NCBI GenBank assembly: GCA_044223005.1
Contig: JBGAML010000007.1
Coordinates: 64,001 to 128,000 of the forward strand
Origin: Candidatus Eiseniibacteriota bacterium
GTDB taxonomy: Bacteria; Eisenbacteria; RBG-16-71-46
Reading direction: 5' to 3'
Length of the DNA stretch: 64,000 nt
Shown here: piece after piece, positions 20,801-29,259 of the stretch
Layout of the letters: each line of letters starts with the position of its first letter
Position numbering within the stretch: position 1 is the stretch's first letter
Translations under genes and position numbers: made by a program
The notes under the pieces: model-generated
Database searches by the model: none
What the model was told of the DNA's origin: nothing
What the model saw: the letters and a program-made list of their open reading frames with translations, nothing else

Positions 20801-21417
20801 CCGCGAGCGGGAGCTACACCTCGCGCGTGGTGGATGCGGGCACGCTCTCGAGCTGGGGCGCGGCGAGCTGGACCGCGGACGTGCCCGCGGGCACGAGCCT
20901 GGCGCTGCTCGCGCGCACGGGGAACACGCCTGCGCCCGACGGCACGTGGAGCGCGTTCACGCCGATCGCCGGCAACGGCGCCAGCGTCGGGCGCACGGCG
21001 CGCTACCTGCAGTACCGCGCCGACCTCGCCACGAGCGACCCGGCGCGCACGCCGGTGGTGCGCGACGTGTCGGTCGCCTGCTCGCCCGCGGCCGGGAGCG
21101 TCGCGCCCGAGGGCGGCCCGTTCACGATGCGCGCTCCGACGATCGCCCCGAACCCCGTCGGTGCGCGCACGACGATCGCGTTCGCGATTTCGCCCATCGA
21201 GGCGCCGGCGGGACGCGTCGCCGTGGAGGTCGTGCTGCACGACGTGCAGGGGCGCGTCGTGCGCGTGCTCGAGCGGCGCGAACTCGCGCCGGGGCGCTAC
21301 GAGGTGGCCTGGGACGCCCGCGACGACGGAGGCGCCCGCGTGCGGGCCGGCGTCTACTACGTGCGTTTGCGGGTCGGCGACACGAGCGCACGCCGGGCCG
21401 TCGTCGTGCTTCGCTGA
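17809..21417 (+). CDS. Large secreted protein: DUF6605 (DMFase-beta-like), Ig-like, DUF4082, FlgD-Ig-like
   Basis: TWHAYNTYGGNSLY, VSYNRP, SVGHDEYWS; VEVGVRFRSD..NYWVDVVF; APNP..WDARD..GVYY. Confidence 0.85.
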   Translation: MFPWTLLRARRTPWLAVALALFARVAAAQNPVVTENALPGNPPSEWDVSGAGDPSIQGFTTDISVNHGGTVFFKIATPSTQYRIDVYRIGWYGGNGARKVATVHPSVTLPQVQPAPLTDAATGLVDCGNWAVSASWNVPAAAVSGIYVAKLVREDTTGAPASHVLFVVRDDERHSDLLLQANDETWHAYNTYGGNSLYNGAPAGRAYKVSYNRPFTTRCCNYPDGAIVTWFFSAPYPMVRWLEANGYDVGYASGVDTDRFPAHLLDHKVFVSVGHDEYWSGAQRANVEAARDAGVNLAFFSGNEVFWKTRWETSIDGSGTPYRTLACYKETHAGAKIDPLPGTWTGTWRDPRFSPPADGGRPENALLGTIFVVNGVTENQLAVPEADGKMRFWRNTSVATLAPGQTAAFATGTLGFEWDTDLDNGFRPAGLFHLSSATWSGVPVLQDYGSTFATGTATHHLTMYRAASGARVFSAGTVQWSWGLDATHDNPGTPADPRMQQATVNLFADMGAQPGSLQPGLVAASASTDALAPVSGVTTPLPGASVAAGNTVTIAGTASDAGGRVGGIEVSVDGGATWHPAEGRESWTYGWTPADSGSATIRSRAVDDSGNLESPGAGIAVHVTPPQPGTCPCTIFAVSGGAASSDAASVEVGVRFRSDRDGFVRGLRFWKPDATNGGSHVGHLWTNAGAALATATFANETPSGWQEVLFGAGNDVPVTAGTLYVASVLMPQGHYAAATGWFAAHDTDRAPLHAPQDGAGGFANGVYAYGSGGFPTSTFASANYWVDVVFDTLATSAPPCAADRTAADFAQGTFGPGTFASTEIDGEVTLAPSAGSAFDGSALPAGWSGEAWSAGGAATVSGGALHVDGARAATDSAYGAGRALEFVATFGSDAFQHVGFVSDLAFDSPWAMFSTFGGGGLWARTSDGANTAIAGSWLGAPHRYRIDWSAGGFQFAIDGATVAASAFTVGTPMRPLASDFTVGGAGLALGELRLAPYAASGSYTSRVVDAGTLSSWGAASWTADVPAGTSLALLARTGNTPAPDGTWSAFTPIAGNGASVGRTARYLQYRADLATSDPARTPVVRDVSVACSPAAGSVAPEGGPFTMRAPTIAPNPVGARTTIAFAISPIEAPAGRVAVEVVLHDVQGRVVRVLERRELAPGRYEVAWDARDDGGARVRAGVYYVRLRVGDTSARRAVVVLR

Positions 21418-21425
21418 CTTCGGCG

Positions 21426-21477
21426 GAAACGCGCGGGGCGGCCCGGTGACACGCACCGGACCGCCCCGCGTCGTTTC
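21426..21477. terminator. Bidirectional hairpin between convergent genes
   Basis: GAAACG-CGCGGGGCGG.CCGGTG...CACCGG.CCGCCCCGCG-CGTTTC. Confidence 0.7.
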
Positions 21478-21493
21478 GCCGCGACGGCGCGAT

Positions 21494-22138
21494 TCAGCGC
21501 AGCACGTGGAACGCGTGCGTCCAGGAGTTGCGCAGGAAGCCCGGCGCACACCACAGGATGCAGAGCGGTTCGATTGCGCGTGCGCCCTCGACGCCGCCCA
21601 CATCCTCGCTGTCCCAGCCGAACTGGTCGAGGATGCGCGTCACCTCCGCCTTCGCCGCGGCATCGTCACCGGCGATGAACATGGTCGGGCGCGTGCCGCC
21701 GAAATCGGGGTTCACCATGCGCCCGTTGCCGACGCACGAGAACGCCTTCACGAACCGCGCACCGGGCGCGCGCTTCTGCAGGCGCTCCATGAGCGACTCG
21801 TTGGGCCCCGTGAAGAACTGCAGGATGCCCTTCACCGGCGGCGCGTCGGCGATCGGGTTGGTGGCGTCGATCACCAGCTTGCCGGAGAGCGCGTCGGCTC
21901 CGGCCAACTTCACCGCCTCTTCGGCCGCGGTGCCCTTGACCGCGAGCACGACGATCTCGCCCGCCCTCGCCGCGTCCGCGAACGTCGCAGTGGAGGCACG
22001 TGCGCCCGCCTTCGCCTTCCAGTCCGCGAGCTTGCCCGGATCGCGCGAGCCGCGCACCACGTCGTGTCCGTACTTCAGGAATCCGTCCGCCAGCACCTGC
22101 CCGACCATGCCGGAACCCAGTACCGCCACCTTGCTCAT
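21494..22138 (-). CDS. NADPH-dependent F420 reductase-like (F420_oxidored) protein
   Basis: VLGSGMVG, VIDATNP, FVKAF, MFIAGDD, ARAIEP. Confidence 0.85.
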   Translation of the reverse strand: MSKVAVLGSGMVGQVLADGFLKYGHDVVRGSRDPGKLADWKAKAGARASTATFADAARAGEIVVLAVKGTAAEEAVKLAGADALSGKLVIDATNPIADAPPVKGILQFFTGPNESLMERLQKRAPGARFVKAFSCVGNGRMVNPDFGGTRPTMFIAGDDAAAKAEVTRILDQFGWDSEDVGGVEGARAIEPLCILWCAPGFLRNSWTHAFHVLR

Positions 22139-22400
22139 GACGACCCCTCGGGAAATGGGAATGGCGCGCTCGCCGATCGCGGCGCGTGGGCTTGGATGCC
22201 GCGCAGTGCGGGAGGAGTCGGGGAAAAGGGTGCGGCGGGCAGGGGCCCGCGCTTCGGTCATGGACCGCCAGATCCCGACGAGCGCGGCGCCCGATGCGCC
22301 CGGACGCCGCGAGAAGGCCTTTCCCTGCACGCCTCCGATGCGCGATGATTCGCGGCCTTCCCCGTCGTCCTGTCTGGCTGTCGCCCCCGGAGGAGTTTCC

Positions 22401-23150
22401 ATGCGGTCGTTCGTGCGTTTCGCCGTACCGGCTCTCGCGCTGTCCGTCGCCTTGACCCTGGTTCACGTCGGCAGCTCGCAGGCGCAGGGCGATGACGGGA
22501 AGCCGAAGAACCTCAAGGTCCTCCCCAAGACGATGTCGCATCGCGAAGTCGAGAACGTCATGCGCGGCTGGAGCATGGCGCTCGGCGTGCGCTGCTCGAG
22601 CTGTCACGTGGAGGCGGCCCCCGGCGAGGAGCCCGACTTCGCGGCCGACAAGAAGCCGGCGAAGGAACGGGCGCGCGACATGCTGCGGATGACCCTGTCG
22701 ATCAACGACCAGCTGCAGAAGATGAACTTCAAGGAGACGCCGCAGGTGACCTGCGTGACCTGCCACCACGGCGTCGCGCAGCCCAGGACGCTCGGCGCGC
22801 TCCTGATGAAGACCACGCACGAGAAGGGCGCCGACGCGGCCATCGCCGACTACCGCAAGCTCCGCGACCAGTACTACGGCAGCGGCGCGTACGATTTCAG
22901 CCCGGCGTCGCTGAACGACCTGGCCGGCCAGCTTTCCGAAGCCCGCGACTTCGACTCGGCGCTCAAGTTCCTGAACCTGAACCTCGAGTTCTCGCCCAAG
23001 GACGCCGGCACCTACGTCGCGATGGGCCGCGTGCAGATGGCGAAGGGCGACGCGGACGCGGCGAAGGCGAGTTTCCAGAAGGCGCTCGACATCGATCCCC
23101 AGAACCGCTGGGCGAAGCGGATGCTGCAGCAGGTCCAGGGCGGCAAGTGA
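22401..23150 (+). CDS. Dihaem c-type cytochrome with C-terminal TPR
   Basis: Signal peptide; KNLKVL..ALGVRCSSCH, VTCVTCHHG; TPR-like C-terminus; GGAGG SD. Confidence 0.85.
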   Translation: MRSFVRFAVPALALSVALTLVHVGSSQAQGDDGKPKNLKVLPKTMSHREVENVMRGWSMALGVRCSSCHVEAAPGEEPDFAADKKPAKERARDMLRMTLSINDQLQKMNFKETPQVTCVTCHHGVAQPRTLGALLMKTTHEKGADAAIADYRKLRDQYYGSGAYDFSPASLNDLAGQLSEARDFDSALKFLNLNLEFSPKDAGTYVAMGRVQMAKGDADAAKASFQKALDIDPQNRWAKRMLQQVQGGK

Positions 23151-23575
23151 CGCCCAGTCCGATCCTGCGTGGGGCCGCGGTGGTGATCGCCGCCGCGGCC
23201 CTGCTGCAATTGATGCCGACGAAGCGCGACAACCCGCCCGTGCGCACGGAAGTCGTGGCGCCCGCCGACGTGAAGGCGATCCTCGAGCGCGCCTGCTACG
23301 ACTGCCACTCGAACCGCACGACGTGGCCGTGGTACAGCCGCGTGGCGCCGGTGTCGTGGCTGGTGGCGAGCGACGTGCACAAGGGCCGCAAGGAAGTGAA
23401 CTTCACGGACTGGCCCGCGTTCGACCAGGACGCGCAGGACCGCATCCTGAAGCACATGGTGAAGCAGGTGCGCACGCGCGCGATGCCGCTGCCCATCTAT
23501 CTCACCATGCACCCCAAGGCCCAACTGAGCGCTGCGGACCGCCAGAAGCTGATCGACTGGGCCACGGTGGAGTAG
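23147..23575 (+). CDS. Haem-binding domain protein (monohaem)
   Basis: ILERACYDCHSN..WPWYS..PVSW, MP..Y..MH; 4-bp overlap with upstream gene. Confidence 0.9.
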   Translation: MTPSPILRGAAVVIAAAALLQLMPTKRDNPPVRTEVVAPADVKAILERACYDCHSNRTTWPWYSRVAPVSWLVASDVHKGRKEVNFTDWPAFDQDAQDRILKHMVKQVRTRAMPLPIYLTMHPKAQLSAADRQKLIDWATVE

Positions 23576-25087
23576 TCAGCCGCACGACGCCCTCGCCTCG
23601 ACCGCCCGGTACTGCAGCGCCTCGGCGAAACGCATCTCGCTCACGCGCTCCTCGCCGGCGAGGTCGGCGATCGTGCGGGCGACGCGCAGCGCGCGGTGGA
23701 CGCCGCGCGCGCTCATGCCGCCGCGGTCCACGGCGTCGGCGACGAGCCGGCGCCCGGCCGCATCGAGCGCGGCGTGCTGGCGCAAACCCGCGTTCGGTAG
23801 CAGCGCGTTCAAGCCGCCGCGGGCGCGCTGGCGCTCGCGGGCGGCGAGCACGCGCTCTCGCACGGCCGCGGAGGGCTCGCCGTTGGTCGCGAGCAGCAGT
23901 TCGTCCGACGTGAGTGCGGGCACCTCGATCTGCAGGTCGAGCCGGTCGAGGATCGGGCCGGAGACGCGCGCTGCGTAGCGCGCGACGTCGCCGGTCGTGC
24001 AGCGGCACCCGCGTTTGGGGTGGCCTCGCCAGCCACAGGCGCAGGGATTCATCGCCGCCACGAGCAGCGGCCGCGCGGGAAACTCCGCGTGACCGCTCGC
24101 GCGCACGAGGTGCACCGAGCCCGTTTCGAGCGGCTCGCGCAGTGCATCGAGCAGGTGACGCGGGTACTCGGCGAACTCGTCCAGGAACAGCACGCCGTGG
24201 TGCGCGAGTGAGAGCTCGCCCGGCCGGGGCGGCGCGCCCCCGCCCACGAGTCCGGCGCGCGACAGTGAATGGTGCGGCGCGCGGAACGGCCGCTCGCGCA
24301 TGAGCCCGAGCCCCGGAGCGCGCAGCCCGGAGGCGCTGTGCAGGCGCGTCACCGCCAGCGCCTCGGCGGGCTCGAGCGGCGGCAGGATCCCGGGCAGGCG
24401 GCGCGCGAGCATCGACTTGCCCGCGCCCGGCGGCCCGACGAGCAGCAGGTGATGCCCGCCCGCGGCGGCGATCTCCAGCGCGCGCCGCGCGACGGCCTGC
24501 CCGCGCACGTCGGCGAGGTCGTCGTCGGTGCGCTCGTGCGGATCGGGCGCCGCGGGCGTCGCGCGCTCGAGCTTGCCCTCGCCGCGCAGCCACGCGACCA
24601 CGTCGGCGAGCCCGGGCGCGGCGAGCACCGTGAGGCCCTCCACGAGCGCGGCTTCGCGCGCGGCCTCGGCGGCGCACACCAGCGTGCGCGCGCCGCCGCG
24701 CCACGCGGCCTCGGCGAGCGAAAGCGTGCCGCGCGTCCCGCGCAGCCGACCGTCGAGAGCCAGTTCGCCCAGCGCCGCGGTGCGTGCGAGCGCGTCGGCG
24801 GGCGCCTGCTCGGTCGCGGCGAGCAGCGCGATCGCCAGCGCGAGGTCGGTGGCCGCGCCCTCCTTGCGCCGGCCGGCGGGCGCAAGGTTGGCGACCACGC
24901 GCCGGTCGGGCGGCGAGAGGCCGGCGTTTCGGAGCGCGGGCCAGATGCGCTCGCGCGACTCGCGCGCCGAGGCGTCGGGGAGGCCGACCAGCGCGAAGCC
25001 GGGCAGCCCGGGGCCCACGTCGACCTCGCAGTCGACGGGAAACGCTTCGAGGCCCCACAGCGCGGCGGTGCGAACGCGGGCGAGCAT
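23576..25087 (-). CDS. comM: YifB/ComM Mg-chelatase-like AAA+ ATPase
   Basis: VGLPD..ESRER, GPPGAGKS, RPFRAPHH, LAHHGVLFLDE, AMNPCACG. Confidence 0.92.
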   Translation of the reverse strand: MLARVRTAALWGLEAFPVDCEVDVGPGLPGFALVGLPDASARESRERIWPALRNAGLSPPDRRVVANLAPAGRRKEGAATDLALAIALLAATEQAPADALARTAALGELALDGRLRGTRGTLSLAEAAWRGGARTLVCAAEAAREAALVEGLTVLAAPGLADVVAWLRGEGKLERATPAAPDPHERTDDDLADVRGQAVARRALEIAAAGGHHLLLVGPPGAGKSMLARRLPGILPPLEPAEALAVTRLHSASGLRAPGLGLMRERPFRAPHHSLSRAGLVGGGAPPRPGELSLAHHGVLFLDEFAEYPRHLLDALREPLETGSVHLVRASGHAEFPARPLLVAAMNPCACGWRGHPKRGCRCTTGDVARYAARVSGPILDRLDLQIEVPALTSDELLLATNGEPSAAVRERVLAARERQRARGGLNALLPNAGLRQHAALDAAGRRLVADAVDRGGMSARGVHRALRVARTIADLAGEERVSEMRFAEALQYRAVEARASCG

Positions 25088-25261
25088 GCGACTCCGGCGG
25101 GGGCGGTGCACCGGAGCGTCTCGCAAGAGCCGTGCGCGGGGCGATCCCCACGTGGCGCGCGCGCCCGCGCGGCCCGCGGTGCGCACGCCGGTGCCACAAC
25201 GCGCACGCGGGCGACGGGACGCGAATGCCCCGTCGCCCGCGATGGGGTCAGCGTCGGCGCG

Positions 25262-26257
25262 TCAGGGCTGCTGCTCCGCCTTGCGGCGCTGCTTCTCGTC
25301 GTTCCAGTGGTCCTCGAAGCCCTTCACGGTCGCGAACATCGCGGGCGAGTCGGCGACCTCGGGCCCCAGCATGACCGTGGTGTTGTCCGCGCTGCGCATG
25401 TGGCCGGTGGCGTCCAGCTCCAGCGTGGTCACGCCGGCGTACTGGCCCTGTTCGCCGCCGTAGCATGCGATGGTGTTCTTCACCATGCGGCCCTTCTGGT
25501 AGAGCGGCACGTTGCGGCCGATGATCACGGCGTCGATGCCGTCCACAGCCACCACCAGGTCCTCGGCCTCGACCTTGCCGACCTGCGAGAGCAGCACGAT
25601 CACCGTCGCGCCCTGCTGGCGCAGTTCGGCCACGGCGCGCCGCGCCGCGGTCGTCGGGTCCTCGACCGTGAGCGAATCCCGCGAGGGCCCGAGGTCGGCC
25701 TTGTCCGACGTCACGCCGAACACGCCCACCTTCGTGCCGCCCAGCGTCACGATCCGCCACGGCGCGACCAGCGGCTGCTGGCTCGCGCGATCGAGGAGGT
25801 TGGCGCAGACGAGCGGCACGCCCGTGCGCTTCGCGTTCGCGAGCAGGAAGCCACGGCCGAAGCGCAGCTCCCGCTCGGTCACGGCCGCGGCGTCGGTGCC
25901 GATCACCTTCATCGCGTCCATCATGAACGCGGCGACGGGCGCGTCCGTGTCGGCCTCCGGAAAGAAGCCGCCGGCGTCGACGAGCAGCACGGGGGCGTCG
26001 CCAGCACGCAGGCTGTCGGCGAAGTGCGCGAGCCGCGAGAGCCCGCCCTTGGGAACGTGGCAGCCGCAGGGCCCGGTCTTGCCCTTCACGTCGGTGGTGG
26101 AGACGACGACGAGCTTGCTCGTGCGTGCGTGCGCGGTCTTGGCGGCCTTCGCGGAGGCCGCCCGAGAGAACGGCGCGGCGATCGCCAGCACGACGAAAAC
26201 GCCCGCGATGATTGCGCGCGCGGCGCGTGCGCGCGAGACGAGGGTGACGAGGTGCAC
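25262..26257 (-). CDS. Secreted UshA/5'-nucleotidase-N-like protein with PCGC motif, no haem domain
   Basis: GTG after GGGAGG; signal peptide; STTDVKGKTGPCGCHVPKGGLSR, LLVDAGG, VDGIDAVIIG. Confidence 0.75.
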   Translation of the reverse strand: MHLVTLVSRARAARAIIAGVFVVLAIAAPFSRAASAKAAKTAHARTSKLVVVSTTDVKGKTGPCGCHVPKGGLSRLAHFADSLRAGDAPVLLVDAGGFFPEADTDAPVAAFMMDAMKVIGTDAAAVTERELRFGRGFLLANAKRTGVPLVCANLLDRASQQPLVAPWRIVTLGGTKVGVFGVTSDKADLGPSRDSLTVEDPTTAARRAVAELRQQGATVIVLLSQVGKVEAEDLVVAVDGIDAVIIGRNVPLYQKGRMVKNTIACYGGEQGQYAGVTTLELDATGHMRSADNTTVMLGPEVADSPAMFATVKGFEDHWNDEKQRRKAEQQP

Positions 26258-26343
26258 AGGGTCCTCCCGGAAGAGCGACGGAGTGGCGGTGTCGACGTCG
26301 AGCGCTCGGATCACCGCGCGGACAATTCTAGTGGGACCATGCT

Positions 26344-26371
26344 GAAGCGTGTCCGGAAGTTGTCGAGAATC
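26344..26371. repeat. 28-bp motif upstream of UshA-like paralog 1
   Basis: GAAGCGTGTCCGGAAGTTGTCGAGAATC, 25/28 identical to 28095-28122. Confidence 0.75.
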
Positions 26372-26385
26372 ATGACCGGGCGCGT

Positions 26386-27879
26386 TCAGTGCGGCGTGGT
26401 GCGCGTGCGCATGGGCCGGGGTACGTCGAGCGCGGGCAGTTCGGCCGCGCCCTTGCTGTGGTCCACGTAGGGAGCGAAGCGGGCCATCGCGAAGCCGGGG
26501 CTCGTCTCCTTCGTGTGGCAGGCCCGGCACGTCGCTTCGGCGACCTTCCGTCTCTCGCTCGCATACGCATCGTGCGAGGTGCCCATGCCGTGGCAGCTCT
26601 CGCACTGCACGGCGGCGAGTCGCGGCGCGTCGTTGGTGGCCTGGAAGCCGCCCGCCTTGCGAAAGCCCAGCACGTGGCAGCCGACGCACGTTTCGTCGCT
26701 CTCGCGCCGCGCGTCGACCAGCGACTGCCACGCCTGCGCGTGGCGCGTGTCCTTCCATTGCGCGAGTTCGCGCGTGTGGCAACGGCCGCAGAACTCCGAG
26801 CCGAGGTAGTGGTCCGCGGGCTGGCTGCCCGCGGTGGCGCCGGCGGCGCCCGCGGCCTCGAACTGCTGCTGGCGCTCGTTCGCGAGCCGGCTCTTCTCGT
26901 CGTGGAACTGGTCCTCGAAGTGCTTCACGCTCGCGAGCATCGCGGGGGAATCCGCGACCTCGGGCCCCAGCATGACCGTGGTGTTGTCCGCGTGCTGAAC
27001 GCGCCCGGCCGCATCCAGGTCGAGCACCGTCACGCCCACGTACTGGCCCTGTTCGCCGCCGTAGCTCGCGATCGTGCTGCGGATCGTGCGGCCCTTCTCG
27101 TAGATCGGCACGTTGCGCCCGATGATCACGGCGTCGATGCCGTCCACTTCGGTGACCAGGTCTTCGGTCGAAATCTTGCCGATCTGCGAGAGCAGCACGA
27201 CCACCGTCGCACCCTTGCGGCGCAGTTCCGCCGTCGTGCGGCGGGCCGCCTCGGTCGGGTCCTCGACGATGAGCGAGTCGCGCGAGGGCCCGAGGTCGAT
27301 CTTGTCCGAGGTGATCGCGAACACGCCCACGTCGACGCCTCCCAGCTTCAGCATCCGGTAGGGCGGGAACAGCGTTTGCCGCGTCGCCTTGTCGTAGAGG
27401 TTCGCGCACGTGAGCGGCACGCCCGTCCGCTTCGCGTTCGCGACCAGGAAGCCGCGGCCGAAGCGCAGCTCGCGTTCGGTGACACCGGCGGCGGCGGTGC
27501 CGAGCGTCTTCATGGCGTCGAGCATGAACGCACCGACGGGGGCGTCGGAGTCGTCCTCGGGAAAGAAGCCGCCATCGTCGACGAGCAGCAGCGGTGCGGG
27601 ACCGGCGCGCAGGCTGTCGGCGAAGTGGGCGAGGCGCGAGAGCCCGCCCTTGGGCACGTGGCAACCGCAGGGACTCGTCTTGCCCTTCACGTCGGCGGTC
27701 GACAGCACCACGAGGCGCGTCGCGCGCGCGGGTCCTGCGCCGGAGGGCCGCGCCGGCAGCACGAGCACGCCGATCGCGGCGAGCAGCAGGGCGACGCGCA
27801 GGCGATGCCCGTTCGCGCGCGTCAGGGTCAGGCGGAGGCGAGCGGCACGCAGCCGCGACGCCATGGAAGAAGGTCGCAC
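26386..27879 (-). CDS. Secreted UshA-like PCGC protein fused to tetrahaem cytochrome c (c554-like) domain
   Basis: Paralog of 25262-26257 plus CGRCH, CVGCH, CESCH, CRACH; start GTG 27879 or ATG 27864. Confidence 0.8.
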   Translation of the reverse strand: MRPSSMASRLRAARLRLTLTRANGHRLRVALLLAAIGVLVLPARPSGAGPARATRLVVLSTADVKGKTSPCGCHVPKGGLSRLAHFADSLRAGPAPLLLVDDGGFFPEDDSDAPVGAFMLDAMKTLGTAAAGVTERELRFGRGFLVANAKRTGVPLTCANLYDKATRQTLFPPYRMLKLGGVDVGVFAITSDKIDLGPSRDSLIVEDPTEAARRTTAELRRKGATVVVLLSQIGKISTEDLVTEVDGIDAVIIGRNVPIYEKGRTIRSTIASYGGEQGQYVGVTVLDLDAAGRVQHADNTTVMLGPEVADSPAMLASVKHFEDQFHDEKSRLANERQQQFEAAGAAGATAGSQPADHYLGSEFCGRCHTRELAQWKDTRHAQAWQSLVDARRESDETCVGCHVLGFRKAGGFQATNDAPRLAAVQCESCHGMGTSHDAYASERRKVAEATCRACHTKETSPGFAMARFAPYVDHSKGAAELPALDVPRPMRTRTTPH

Positions 27880-28094
27880 GGGATCCTCCCGGAAGGATGG
27901 GAAAGCCGGAATCGACGATTCCGGTGCCGGGGTGTGCGGGCCGTACGAGGCGAGCGCTCGAACGTCAGGACGAGTGGATGGACCCGCCACCCATGGGGCG
28001 GGCCGCTCAACCGTACTCGTGGCGTTCGTGGGCGCAGTTCATGGCGCGGGAGATTGTGGCGGCCGCGCGCGCTGCGGGCAAGCGCCGAGCGCGC

Positions 28095-28122
28095 GAAACG
28101 TGTCCGGGAGTTGTCGGGAATC
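28095..28122. repeat. 28-bp motif upstream of UshA-like paralog 2
   Basis: GAAACGTGTCCGGGAGTTGTCGGGAATC, 25/28 identical to 26344-26371. Confidence 0.75.
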
Positions 28123-28131
28123 GCGGCCGCG

Positions 28132-28989
28132 CTACGGGCTCACGAGCTCCAGCGCCAGCGACCAGGGCCGCGGGGCCTCGCGGTGCCAGACGTGCAGGTA
28201 GTAGCTCGTGTCGGTCTTCGCGTCGCGCGTGACGAACCGCATGCCGTACGTGTAGCCGAGATCGCCGCTGTTGGCGACGAACTGGGCCGTCGACACGAGC
28301 TTCTCGGTGAGCGGCTCGGCGGCGAGCGAATCGCGCGCCGCGTCGTGCCCGCGGACGCCCGCGTGCCCCTCGCGCAGCAGCCACACGTCGTCGGCCGCAT
28401 GCGCGGCCAGCGCCGCGGCGCGGCCCTGCTCGGCGGCGAGCTTCGCGTACGCGGCGTCGGCCTGCCAGAGCGAGCGGCGATCGGAGAGCGGGCCCGGCGT
28501 GGTGCGGGTGCCGGGCAGCGTGCGGCGTTCGACCGTAGCCGAGTCACCCAGGTCGGGGCCCGAGACGCCCATGTCGAGCACCGCGCGATACGAGCCGTCG
28601 GCCTGCCGGCGCCACACGGTGACGAAGCGCCCGGTCGCGTCCGGCGGGCGGTGCGAGTGGTCCTTGCGCCACCACCATGGACCGGTCGTCCAGCCGATGT
28701 CGCCGGCGCCGCTCATGGTCGCGGTCGCGGGCACCCACGCGAGCAGCGCCGGCGTGGGCTTCTTCGCCGCATAGAACTTCTGCGCGTCGACCGGGCCAGG
28801 ATCGAACACCACGCTGCGCGGCGCGAGGAAGCGCACGAACGCGTCGCGCACGTTGTGGTCGGCCGCGTACTGCGCGAACGCGCGCTCGGCCGCGACGAGG
28901 GCGTCGGGCCCGATGGGCCCGACTGCGGCGATGGCGACGGGAAAGGCGGCCGTGGCCAGGGTGAGCGCGAGGAGGAGGATCCGCTTCAA
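28132..28989 (-). CDS. Secreted tandem NTF2/SnoaL-like (DUF4440-like) protein
   Basis: Signal peptide from TTG; AAERAFA, GDIGWTTGPW, FVTVWRRQADG, SGDLGYTYG; alternative ATG 29019. Confidence 0.8.
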   Translation of the reverse strand: MKRILLLALTLATAAFPVAIAAVGPIGPDALVAAERAFAQYAADHNVRDAFVRFLAPRSVVFDPGPVDAQKFYAAKKPTPALLAWVPATATMSGAGDIGWTTGPWWWRKDHSHRPPDATGRFVTVWRRQADGSYRAVLDMGVSGPDLGDSATVERRTLPGTRTTPGPLSDRRSLWQADAAYAKLAAEQGRAAALAAHAADDVWLLREGHAGVRGHDAARDSLAAEPLTEKLVSTAQFVANSGDLGYTYGMRFVTRDAKTDTSYYLHVWHREAPRPWSLALELVSP

Positions 28990-29003
28990 GTCGCACCTCG
29001 TGA

Positions 29004-29155
29004 GTTGTGCTCGGGGCATTGTTGGCGAGGGAGTCTCAATTCGTTGCCGGTCAACGGGATCCGGATGTTACAGGCGACACGTGGCCGAACGGAACCCGAT
29101 CTTGCGTCCTCCCAGGGCCCTCGCCCGGAGTGGCCAACAATCTCCCGAGCACGAC
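29004..29155. repeat. ~152-bp intergenic element with terminal inverted repeats, copy B
   Basis: 23-bp imperfect IR (20/23) at 29004-29026 and 29133-29155; homologous to reverse complement of 1353-1503. Confidence 0.8.
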
Positions 29156-29259
29156 GCATGGGCTGGAATGGCAAGGTGTTCCGCCAACTCGGGCTCAAGC
29201 CACGGTCCCTCAGGACCGATCACTGAAACGGTATTCCGTCGCGTGTCCGGAGACCTCGG

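Noticed and set aside
25118..25140. Minus-strand CGCACGGCTCTTGC upstream of comM as a sigma54 promoter
   Set aside because: The invariant -24 GG is CG
25262..27664. 800-aa ORF joining the two UshA-like genes
   Set aside because: The upstream part is an off-frame shadow; the downstream gene has its own SD, GTG and signal peptide
26055..27670. Selenocysteine recoding at the CGC motifs
   Set aside because: Both codons are TGC, no in-frame TGA and no clear SECIS
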